Source of the DNA: an uncultured Planctomycetota bacterium
GTDB taxonomy: Bacteria > Planctomycetota > Planctomycetia > Isosphaerales > Isosphaeraceae
Assembly (NCBI GenBank): GCA_963845755.1
Contig: CAWJTV010000010.1
Span: 16,266 to 80,265, forward strand
Direction of reading: 5' to 3'
Length of the DNA stretch: 64,000 nt
A program made the position numbers and the translations under genes. A model generated the notes under the pieces. The model was not told the origin of the DNA and did no database searches. It saw only the letters and a program-made list of their open reading frames with translations. Shown in pieces: positions 1-10,100 of this stretch. Each line of letters begins with the position of its first letter. Within the stretch, counting starts at the first letter, position 1.

Positions 1-173
1 GGGCGAGCCCCCAACCGGGGCGGTGGATCGCGCTCTTCAGGAGACTGACGAGAATCCAAATCGGACAGAAGATCGTTGACATGAGGATCGATCCGAAGAG
101 CACGACGTCAAAGGTCAACACGACGGCTGCAGCGCCGATGCTCCCTCTAACGCTGCGATAGAACCACCTCAGG

Positions 174-356
174 TCAGCGATCTGCACGGCTGTCCCCTTC
201 CGCGTAGAAATGATATGCCTGCTCACGAAATTCCTGACGATCCATGACGAACGCAGCGTTCTTCTCGCCGTCGGTAGCGACGATTCGCACATACCGATTA
301 TGCAGTCTGCAATACGCTGCAATTCCATTCGGTGAATCATTTCTCGTTTGTGTCAT
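174..356 (-). CDS. small hypothetical protein, phage-like remnant
   Basis: ATG at 356-354 overlaps the TGA of the upstream ORF (ATGA coupling) with a GAGG-like RBS; 60 aa MTQTRNDSPNG... Confidence 0.4.
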   Translation of the reverse strand: MTQTRNDSPNGIAAYCRLHNRYVRIVATDGEKNAAFVMDRQEFREQAYHFYAEGDSRADR

Positions 357-649
357 GCAGCCTCGCTTTGCACGAGCCAGAGATAAGGCGGCAGCGGCTG
401 GTCGGCACATGAGCCGCAGATCAGCATGTCGTGCTGCCCGTCGATCACCCTGGCCAGGTCCTCGTCTGGACCCATGACGTTGGCCAGCAGGGCATTGCCG
501 CCCATCATTAGCTCCAAACCATGCGCGCGTCGCACCGCGTTCGCTTCGATACCCAGGCGGTCGATGCGGATCCGGAGGAAGAGCGGATGACCGGCGTGCA
601 TAACGCCCTTACCGCGGAGGTGGCAGGGCTTGAGATCCTTGTGTTTCAT
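353..649 (-). CDS. small Cys/His-containing hypothetical protein, phage-like
   Basis: MKHKDLKPCHLRGKGVMHAG...ICGSCAD...SEAA; degenerate paired CxxC; coupled to the next ORF. Confidence 0.5.
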   Translation of the reverse strand: MKHKDLKPCHLRGKGVMHAGHPLFLRIRIDRLGIEANAVRRAHGLELMMGGNALLANVMGPDEDLARVIDGQHDMLICGSCADQPLPPYLWLVQSEAA

Positions 650-2692
650 GTTGCCGATCTTCATATTGATCCGCCTGCCGGGCCCGGCGGTCGCGGCAGC
701 GGCTTCGCAGGGCCAGGCCAGACCCACCGGCCAGGCTGATCCCGCCGCCGACGAACGCCAGCCAGTACCAATCAAGCCAGGTCGCGGTCAGCGGCTCGAC
801 CTCCGGCTGCCGGACGGGCCGGCCCGGCCCGAGGCTGGCCAGAAACGGTTCGAGCGCGAACTCGGCCTCGGGGATCGGCCCGAACCGGCATTCTTCCACG
901 TCCAATCGGCTGGTCAATTGCTGAGCCGGTATCGTCCTGACGGACGAACGCAGGACGGGGCGGCCGTCCGGATGGTCGTACTCGAACTGGATATCCGAGA
1001 CGCGGTTCTGGAGTGGTTCTCCGAAGTGGATCGATCGGAGCACGAACAGGTCCTCCGCGTCGAAGACGTACGTAATATCATTTCGGTCGTTGCCCTTGAC
1101 CTCGGGGCCTGTCCGCAGCCGGAGCGTCACGAGGCGGTGGCCGTCGACGGTCGTGGCGTCGAGCTTGACGACCTCGTAGTCGGTCGAGAAGCCGCTCTCC
1201 CTGAGGTTCTGAGGGTATTCCAGCAAGATCGCCCCGCCATGAGTGGGGACAAAGAAATTATGGCCCGACGCCCACTCTACCTTGAACAGGGCTCGCCGGT
1301 AGGCTTGCAGCGGGGTGGCCTGGTAGGCGTCTTCACGAATCGTCCAGGGTCCAATCTCGGGGATGAGTTTGCGGAAGGCGCGGAGTGAGTGGTCGGGATG
1401 GGCCAGGTAGGCCCCCTCGTCGTGGTGGAGCCGAAGCCGGACGCGGGCGAACGGGCCCGAGCGGAGCAAGGAGAGCCGCTCCTCGTCTTCGTCCGGTTCG
1501 TCGCCGCCGGTCTCGGTCCCCCTCTCGATCCGGAACGTGGTCGTCATCCGGACGTGATCGTACGGGGCGACGAGGCGGGCGGCCGCGACGAAGTAATCCG
1601 CCAGGAAGGCATCCCAGGCGGCGGGGTCGATGCCCGGGTCGAGCTTCAAGCCTTTCAGCCAGTGCCGGGCGGGCGGGCCGGCACGCCGGGCGATCTGCTC
1701 GGTATCCGCCCAGTAGGCGGCGTCCAGTTCGTCGAGGCCGATCCCCAGAGTGGCGCGGCAGTCGGCCTCGAACGTGGCCTGCTGGCAGGTGGTGTACAGC
1801 TTCAAGAATCGCTCGGGACCGTACACCCGGAGGAGGTAGTTGACGAGCGGGCCGCCCTGGGAATAGGCCGCCGGCCCCGAATACCAGTACCAATCCGGGG
1901 CGACCAGTCCTCGGAGGGTCAAGCTCAGCCCCTTCTCGCGGTCGTCCCAGGCGGTGTCGGCCAGTTCTTCGGCCGGCGTCCCCTCGTTGGCCTGCGCCAC
2001 CCTTCCATCAGGACCCTCGGCGGGTCGCTCCGGCCGGTGCAGTTCCGGGTGATGACACAGTGAGCGACCTCGTGGCGGTCCCCGTCCGTCAGGCCATCGG
2101 TTCCGCGCTGGTGTTGGCCGACTTCGGACCCGATCGCCATGTCGTAAATGGCGCACCTCCGCAGGCCGAAGATCGGCCCCCGATACCAGACGATCGGCCA
2201 GGTTGCGGATTGGTTGAGCCGGGCCAGCGAGGCTTCGACGTGCCGGTCCATCGCAGCCACCTGGGCCCGGGCGTCACTGGCCTTCGCCCCGACCATCGTC
2301 ACCCACTTCCCCGGCGTCCGCTCCGGGTAGAACCAGCGTGCTTCCAGGTCCACGAGGGGCCGGGCCAGCGGCGCGAAGACCTTGGACGGCCACCCGGGGG
2401 GCACATGGCGGTCAAACGCCGGTCGCATCGCCATCAGGATGTGCCCGGCCAGGAACCAGAAGGGCGTCGTCCCTACGAGTAGGCCGGCCAGAGCCCGGTC
2501 GCGTCGGTGGCCGCGGATCAGGCGGACGGTCGCCGCGAGCACCACGCCGAGCCCTCCCGCCAGCATCAGGACCGACAGGCCGACCGGGAAGATCGGGTTC
2601 GAGTTCCAGATTCCTGAGGCGGTCAGTACCGCCGCCAGCCCGAGGGCCCCCAGCCAGGCACCCCAGACCGTGAAGACGCATCGAGCCAGCAT
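609..2692 (-). CDS. membrane-anchored HExxH (peptidase MA-like/gluzincin) protein, frameshifted near 2000; start uncertain
   Basis: N-terminal TM helices, then DRHEVAHCV...LMEGW (ORF 1925..2815), continuing as ANEG...YSQGGPLVNYLLRVYGPERFLKLY and a C-terminal TM helix (ORF 609..2156). Confidence 0.55.
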
Positions 2693-3040
2693 CGGCAGAC
2701 TCACGGCCAGGCGGTTAGCAGGCCCTACGTTCCATCTGGTTGACTCGAGTTGGCACCATGTCGCAGTTGAGCATGATAGTCCGTGTGTCCGTTTTCCAGG
2801 CGAAGACCAAGGCATTAGTCTGACGAAAGTCGGAAGGGTTTGTCAATCGGGCTCGGCCGAAGGCAGCCCTGAGAAATCCGCCCCTCGGGCGGTAGGCCGG
2901 CACGCGGAAGCCGCGTGGATGGCGACCGAGGGCCGGCAAAGGCCGTAAGGGGACGGGCTCGAAGGCGGCTTCGAGTGCGACCGCTATCAGACCCTGAAGA
3001 ACCCGGCTGAACCTGGAACACGCCCACCCGCCACCGGCGG

Positions 3041-4402
3041 CTAACTGCTGTCCAGTCGGATCTGGATCGGCCCGGCTCCGGCCGGCTCGAAGACCTCGTC
3101 CGGCCAGTGTCGAAACCGCAGGCTCTCCAACAATCGTTGCGCCATGTTCTTCAACGAGCCGAACAGCTCCACGGCCGTTCGCTTCCCCTGCTCTTGGGCC
3201 AGGTGCCGCAACAGGCTCCCCTTCTCCACCAGTTGCAACAGCAGATGGGCGATCTGCAACAGGAAATAGTAGGCCGGCCAGCATCTGTGGCTGTAGGCAT
3301 GTTCCAGGTTCAGGCCACTGTTCTTCTGGGTGTTAAATCCCTCGTTCTCCTCGCGCCAGCGTGCCCTCCCTCCGTTGGTCGCTACTTCCACCACAGTCTC
3401 GTGGCTCAAATCCAGAGAGGTCACCCACGACCATTCCGTCTGCTTTCCCTCCTTGCCCGTCTCGGTGCACTCCAGAGCGTTGATGGTCCAGTCCCGACCA
3501 TCACTGTCCCTGTAGTGCAGGCCGTTGATCCAGCCATAGACCTGCCGGACCCCTTGCGGCGTCATCCGTTCCACGCTGGTCGGGACACAACCGCAGCAAC
3601 CCCTGGAAATCCTCCCAGAGGGCGGGAAGTCGTCCAGGCTGAAACGTGTAAATGTAGTCGCATCGATAATCTTTGGCGACCTGGAATCCTTCTCCGCAGG
3701 CATACAGGCCGTCACCGCCGAGGCAAATCCGCAACTGCGGGAACTCGATCCGCAACTTCTCCACCAGGCGTCGCAAGGCCTTCAACTCGCAATCCTGCTT
3801 GATCCGTTCCGCGCTGGCACCCGCTGGGGCACTGGCGACGTCGTGGTTGTCGATGAACTCACTGGCGATCGAGATGACCGTGCCGGCCGGCCCCAGCACC
3901 TTGGCCTCCAGCACCTGGTGCATATATAGCGTCGTCTCACCGTGCCGCTGGGTCAGGCAATCGTCGCAATGCCGGGAGTGAAACACCAGATAGCCCGAGC
4001 CGTCAATCAAGACGACGAACCGCCCCTGCAGCCGCGCCGCGTCCAGAGCCTTCATGCGGATCAACCGCTGGACCATCCGCTGCCGCAACCCGGCGATGGG
4101 GTCGGGGCCGATTTTCCCCAGGAAGTACTCCAAGGTCTGGTTCACCGGCCGGCTCTCTTGCGCGTACCCGCCAGACGATTGAGATTGGGCAGGACCTCCG
4201 GGCCGTCGGTGTTCAACTGGTAGTCCAGTTGGCGCCGGCTGCTCAACTTGCACAGGAACAAACTCAGCCCCCACCACAGCAGGAACCGCTTGTGGTAGAT
4301 CACCAAGGGGGCAAACCGCGGGTCATCGATCGCATCGATCCAGGTGTTGAGATCGGGGAAGAAGTGACCCAGGGTTCGCACCAGGATAGGTCCGATGTTC
4401 AG
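3041..4402 (-). CDS. DDE transposase, split by two frameshifts (~4160, ~3570)
   Basis: Motifs IDDPR, VLIDGSG, KQDCELKA, GGDGLY, GRARWREENEGFNTQKNSGLNLEH across ORFs 4142..4513, 3501..4277 and 3041..3715. Confidence 0.85.
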
Positions 4403-4755
4403 CGTCGTCCCCGCCGCCGCTTTCGGTGCGAGACGTGGCCCTGGATCAAGGCCAGGGTCAACTGGCTGATTTCGTGGATCAGGCCTTTGAGACGTTGGTG
4501 TTCTTGCACCCATTCTTGGACCTCCGTGAGCAGGTCCTGGGGCACATACACCGTGCGAGTCTTACCCCCCTCCGAGAAGGTGAGGTGGTGGGCGGAGTGC
4601 AACGGGCCACCGTGGTGGCAGGCGCAGGAGGGCTGGCCGCAACGTTTCTGCACCTGGGCCAGGCTGGCCGCCAGGAGCGGCCCAGCCGGAGCCAGTTGCT
4701 TGAGGCGGCGGTCGAGCATCCGACGGACCAGCGTGGGGTGGCTCGGCACATGCAT
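4399..4755 (-). CDS. DUF6788-like IS accessory protein (putative Zn-binding)
   Basis: KRCGQPSCACHHGGPLH...GKTRTVYVP pattern; lies immediately upstream of the transposase inside the TIRs. Confidence 0.8.
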   Translation of the reverse strand: MHVPSHPTLVRRMLDRRLKQLAPAGPLLAASLAQVQKRCGQPSCACHHGGPLHSAHHLTFSEGGKTRTVYVPQDLLTEVQEWVQEHQRLKGLIHEISQLTLALIQGHVSHRKRRRGRR

Positions 4756-5038
4756 CGATGGGCCCCTGGAACTTCCGGTAAGTGGACCTTATACCGGGAA
4801 AGGCCCGAAAAGTCATGAGGTGCGAAGAAAAAAATTGAGGGCCTAGGATGGTCGGGCGCTTCAACAGAGGTTCTACTCGGGACTTACGCTGCCGTCAAGG
4901 TGCGACAAATTCCCCAATTCCTCAGAGCTGGGCCGAAGGGGTGAGATCGTGCCGATTCGACCGGAAAAAGGCCTTCTTTAGCCCGGCTGTCCACCGAGGT
5001 CGAGGAGCATGACCCATGATCTCCCAATCGGTGGACGA

Positions 5039-5986
5039 CTACAACGGCCGTCGCTTCATCGCGACACATCCGCCGGCGAACGCCAAGCCGCTGAAAGCCA
5101 TGATCCACGAGGAAGGCTCGGGGACCGCGGCGCTCGCGACCACGGTGATGCCGGTAGGATCGGTGAGCCCCGAGATCACCGTCGTGATGCCTGTACCGTC
5201 GAGGTTGGCGCTATCGATCACCCCAGACGCCTCCTCGGTCCAGTAGATCTTGCCGGTGTTGGCATCGACCGCAAGTCCATCGACGGAGTCGTTGTTAGTG
5301 AGAGACACGATCGTCGTCTCTCCCGTGCCGTCGGCGTTGACTCGAACGATCTCATTTCCGGAGGCCAGGTAGACCCGCCCGGCGGAGTCGAGGGCCAGCG
5401 CCGATACCGCACCGACACCCAGAGAGAGGTTGAGAGAGACTCCGGAACCATCAAGGTTGGCCTGCCCCAGGATCCCACCGAGCGTGCCCCAATACATCTT
5501 CCCCGCAGCATTGTCGATCGCGAACCCCGCCGTACCTCCGCCGCTGGCGGTCAAAGTAACAAGCGTCGTGACATTGCTGCCATCGGCATTGGCGACGTGT
5601 ACTCCGCCTTGGTTTTCGTCCGTCCAGTAGATCTTGCCCGTCGCATCGAGGGCGATCCCCGACGGGATTCCAAGCCCCGAGATCAACGTGTTGAGGCCGC
5701 TCCCGTCGAGATTGGCCCGTTCGATATTCCCGCTAGCCCCGGTGGTCCAGTAGATCGCGCCGGCAACGGGGTTCACGGCAATCGCGGTGCCGCTGTTCAA
5801 GTCCGTCAGCCCGGCGACGAGAGTCGTGACGTCCGAGCCGTCTGCATTCGCAGTCTGGATGGAATCGTGGGCGGTCCAGTAGAGCGTGCCCGCCCAGGCC
5901 GAGGGGGTCCAGGCCCAGAATGATGTCGTAACGAGCGAGAGAGCCAGCAATCCCGAGAGGCGAAGTCCGATTCGACTGCGTGTCAT
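5039..5986 (-). CDS. PEP-CTERM exported protein with YWTD (LDL-receptor class B-like) beta-propeller
   Basis: Signal peptide ending AWA; repeated IYWT/ANLDGS blades; C-terminal VPEPSSWIM, TM segment, then KRR. Confidence 0.9.
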   Translation of the reverse strand: MTRSRIGLRLSGLLALSLVTTSFWAWTPSAWAGTLYWTAHDSIQTANADGSDVTTLVAGLTDLNSGTAIAVNPVAGAIYWTTGASGNIERANLDGSGLNTLISGLGIPSGIALDATGKIYWTDENQGGVHVANADGSNVTTLVTLTASGGGTAGFAIDNAAGKMYWGTLGGILGQANLDGSGVSLNLSLGVGAVSALALDSAGRVYLASGNEIVRVNADGTGETTIVSLTNNDSVDGLAVDANTGKIYWTEEASGVIDSANLDGTGITTVISGLTDPTGITVVASAAVPEPSSWIMAFSGLAFAGGCVAMKRRPL

Positions 5987-6501
5987 CGAAGTGATCCTTG
6001 AGGGTAGTAAGTTCGACTCTTGCCGTTTTCCTGAATCCGCGAGAGCGTGATATCCTAAATCATTGTAATACAAGTGTTTGTAAATTCATTGGCCGCGAGA
6101 TCGCCATGGCCGCAAGTCCTTCGGAGTCAATGATCCACCCTGGCTCGCCACGTACACGTTCCCCGGCGGGTCGAAAGCCAGCCCGTGCAGTTGACCCAGG
6201 CCCGGCGAGCATCCGCCCACCGATCGTGAGGGGCGTCCCAGGCTCAGGTGGACTCGGTGAGGCCGCGGGGAATGGGGGGATCATCGGTCCTTCCCGGCGG
6301 ATTGGGTGCATCGAGCGATCACTCATGTCGCTCGGGGCCGTCCGGCTCCTACGGGTATATGCAAAACCGGCGGGGTGGCGGACCAGGTACGGCGAAGGAA
6401 TTTTTTTCGGAGCGACGACGTTCCTATCCAATTCTGACCAGGGCCGGGTACAATGATACCCGCGATGCAGGTTTGCATAGTGAAACCGCCGAGGGCAACT
6501 C

Positions 6502-7119
6502 ATGTCCTCTCAGGAGGACGGCTCCGTCACGGGCTGGATCGGCGACCTGAGGGTCGGCGGCGATTCCGCGGCCCAGCACCTCTGGGAGCGCTACTTCCAT
6601 CGCCTCGTCCACCTCGCCCGCGCCCGCTTCCCTTCGGTGCGCCGGGCGGGGGTCATCGAGGACGAGGAAGACGCGGCCCTCAGCGCCTTCGACAGCTTCT
6701 GCCGTGGAGTCGCCCGGGGCCGCTACCCCCAGCTCGATAATCGAGAGGACCTCTGGCGGCTGCTGGTGGTCATCACCCTGCGCAAGGTCCGGCGCCAGAT
6801 CGGACGCCAGGCGGCGCAGAAGCGCGGCAGCGGCCGGCTCCTCGGCGAGTCGGACCTGGTTGCGGCCGACGCGGCCGAAATCGATGGCCTCGATCGGATC
6901 GCCGGGGAGGGGCCCAGCCCCGCGCTGGTCGCGATGGTCGTCGACGAGTACCGTCGGCTCAGGGACGGCCTGCGGAACGACTCGCTGCGCCAGGTGCTCG
7001 ACCTGCGGCTGGAGGGCTACACGCGAGAAGAGATCGCCGAACGCCTGGGCTGCTCCGAGCGGACGGTGAAGCGCAAGCTCGAACTCATCCGCGAGGCCTG
7101 GTTGGAGGAGGAATCCTGA
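6502..7119 (+). CDS. ECF-type sigma factor (planctomycete kinase-associated type)
   Basis: GSVTGWIGDLRVG...LWERYFHRLVHLAR...DEEDAALSAF; region 4 LEGYTREEIAERLGCSERTVKRKL; stop overlaps the kinase start. Confidence 0.9.
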   Translation: MSSQEDGSVTGWIGDLRVGGDSAAQHLWERYFHRLVHLARARFPSVRRAGVIEDEEDAALSAFDSFCRGVARGRYPQLDNREDLWRLLVVITLRKVRRQIGRQAAQKRGSGRLLGESDLVAADAAEIDGLDRIAGEGPSPALVAMVVDEYRRLRDGLRNDSLRQVLDLRLEGYTREEIAERLGCSERTVKRKLELIREAWLEEES

Positions 7120-10100
7120 TGGACGGCTCGGTGCGTTCAAGTGCGGAGGGGCGACCCATCAGGCCCTCCGAGCGGATCGACGAGGCCTGCGACCGGTTCG
7201 AGGCGGCCTGGCGGGCCGGATCGGCGCCGCGGATCGAGGACTACCTGGCCGAGGCCCTCGAAGCGGACCGGCCGGCGCTGCTGGGCGAGCTCGTGGCGCT
7301 GGAGCGGGACCTGCGACGCCGTCGCGGCGAGTGGCCGGAGACCGAGGAGTATCTGGGTCGCTTCGCCGGTGATGCCTCGTTGGTCGCCGCCGCCCTCCAG
7401 GAGACTTCGGCCGCGATCGGAGGCCGGGCGGACAGGAACGCCATGGCGATGTCCGGGGACGCGGGATGCAACGGCACGGGCGAAGGGCGCCGGCTCCCGG
7501 ATGTCCTGAGCGCAACGGCGGTCTACCGGCCGCGAGGGCATCACGCTCGGGGCGGCCTGGGCGAAGTGCTGGTCGCCTATCAGGAGGAGCTGGACCGCGC
7601 AGTGGCCCTCAAGCGGGTCCGCCCCGATAGGCTGCATGAGGAGGCGCGGCGGCGGTTCTACCGCGAGGCGGCCATCACTGCGAGGCTCCAGCACCCCGGC
7701 GTCGTGCCGATCTACGGACTGGGGCAGGACGAGGACGGCCCCTTCTACACCATGCCTCTCATCGAGGGCCAGACCCTCCAGGAGGCCATCGACGCCTTCC
7801 ACGCGGAGGGATCGTTGCGAGGTGACCCCGGCCGGCGCGCGTTGCAGTTCCGCGGCCTGCTCCAGCAGCTCATCGCGGTCTGCAACACGATGGCCTACGC
7901 CCACGACCAGGGGATAATCCATCGCGACCTGAAGCCCTCGAACATCATGCTCGGCCGCTATGGCGAGACGCTGGTGATGGACTGGGGGCTGGCCAAGCGA
8001 ATCGGGACGGACGACGCCCGCGGCGAGGCCGAACGGGAGGCACCCTCACCGAGCCCATCGCCCGACGCCCTGACCGCGACGGGTGCCGTCCTGGGGACCC
8101 CGCAGTACATGAGCCCGGAGCAGGCCCGGGGCGAGCCGACCAGCCCGGCTAGCGATCTCTTCAGCCTGGGCCTGATCCTTTACGCAATCCTGACCGGGAA
8201 GTCGCCCTATGCCGACGCGGTGCTCCGGGGCGGCCGCCTCCATGAAGCCGTGCGCGAGGCCGCCGTCGTCCCGCCGCGGCGGCGCGAGCCGGGCCTACCC
8301 GGTGCGCTTGAGGCGGTCTGTCTCAGGGCCCTGGCGGCGCGATCCGAGGATCGATATTCCAGCCCCCGCGACCTGGCCGACGACCTCTCGAAATGGCTTG
8401 CCGATGAGTCGGTCGGCGCCTATCGCGACCCGATTGCCGATCGGGCGCGGCGATGGATGAAGCGGCATCGGACCGCGGTGACCGGCGGGGCCATTGCCCT
8501 GCTGGCCGTCGTCATCGGGCTGGGGGCCGTGACGGGCATCCAGGCCGGGCACAACCGCGATCTGGGGCAGGCCAACGACGCGATCAATCGGGAGAAGAAT
8601 ACGGCCGATAGGGCACTGGAGGAATCGGAGGCGGCGCGGCGACGGGCCGAGTCCGTGCTGGACTTCCTCAGCAACGATGTGCTGGCAGCCGCCCGACCCG
8701 AGGGCCAGGCAGGGGGCCTGGGAAAGGATGTGACGGTCCGGAAGGCGGTTGACGCCGCCGAGCCGAAGGTCGCTGAATCGTTCAAGGACCAGCCGATCAT
8801 CGAGGCGGCGATCCGCCATACGTTCGGATTGACGTATTTCTTTCTGGGTGAGTCTCAGCGGGCAATCCGACAGCACGAGCGAGCTCTGGAGCTGCGCCAG
8901 ATGAACCTGGGCCCTGCCCATCCCGATACGCTGCGAAGCTGCCAGGCCGTTGCCGCCGACTACTACGACGCTGGCCGCGTCGCCGAGGCCGTTGAAATGA
9001 GCCGGACCACGCTGGAACGGTGGCAGGCCACGCTCGGACCCGACCACCCCGATACGCTCCTGAGCCGCAACCAAGTCGCCGGGTTCTACGTCGAAACCGG
9101 CCGCATCACGGAGGCCATCGACTTGCTCCGGCCCACCCTGGAACGGCGGCAGGCCACGCTCGGACCCGACCACCCCGATACGCTCCAGAGCCGTGGTTTC
9201 CTCGCCGCGGCCTACCGCGTCGCCGGCCGGATCGCCGAGGCCATCGAGCTGGACCGGGCCACCCTGGAGCGGCGCCGGGCCACGCTCGGGCCCGACCACC
9301 CCGATACGCTCCAGAGCCGCAATAACCTCGCCGTGGACTACCTCGAGGCTGGCCGGGTCGCCGAGGCCATCGAGCTTCACCGATCCACCCTGGAGCGGCG
9401 CGAGGCCACGCTCGGCCCTGACCACATCCTTACGCTCCAGAGTCGCGGAAACCTCGCCGCGGCCTACGTTGACTCCAACCGAATCACGGAGGTCATCGAC
9501 CTGCTCGGGCCCACCCTGGAGCAATGTCGGGCCAAGTTCGGTCCCGACCACCCCGATATGCTCCTGCGCTGCCACTTCCTCGCCGTCGCCTACCGCATTG
9601 CCGGCCGGGTCGCCGAGGCCATCGAGCTGGACCGGGCCACCTTGGAGCGGCGCCGGGCCACGCTCGGCCCTGACCACTCTGATACGCTCCAGAGCCGCAA
9701 TAACCTCGCCGTAGACTACCTCGAGGCTGGCCGGGTCGCCGAGGCCATCGACCTGCACCGGTCCACCCTGGAGCGGCGCCAGGCCACGCTCGGCCCTGAC
9801 CACATCCTTACGCTCCAGAGTCGCGGAAACCTCGCCGCGGCTTACCGCGTTGCCGGCCGGATCGACGAGGCCATCGAGCTGCTTGTGCCCACACTCGAGT
9901 TGATGGAGACCAAGCTCGGCCCCGTCCATACCTACACGTTCAATACCCGGAGCAGCCTCGCGGAAGTTTATGGGTCGCGCGGACGATGGGCGGACGCCGA
10001 GCCGCTGCGTCGCCGCTCGGTGGACTGCCGCCGTAAGGCCGAGATGCCAAGTGACCTCCTCGCCAACGATCTCGCCCAGCTCGGCCGGAACCTGCTGAAT

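Larger units (their letters stand above)
2864..4930 (-). mobile_element. complete insertion sequence (2,067 bp), DDE type, ISAs1/ISNCY-like
   Basis: TIRs CAGCCCTGAGAAAT (2864-2877) and revcomp CAGCTCTGAGGAAT (4917-4930), 12/14 identical; 9-bp direct repeat GGCCGAAGG at 2855-2863 and 4931-4939. Confidence 0.9.

Noticed and set aside
6060..6326. Small ORF in the PEP-CTERM/ECF spacer
   Set aside because: Pro/Gly-rich with no motif; cannot be distinguished from a chance ORF or a decayed remnant.
8900..9930. 126-bp repeats as a CRISPR array or DGR template/variable repeats
   Set aside because: They are in-frame TPR-coding units with no unique spacers; no cas or reverse transcriptase gene is in the window, and I saw no adenine-specific variation.
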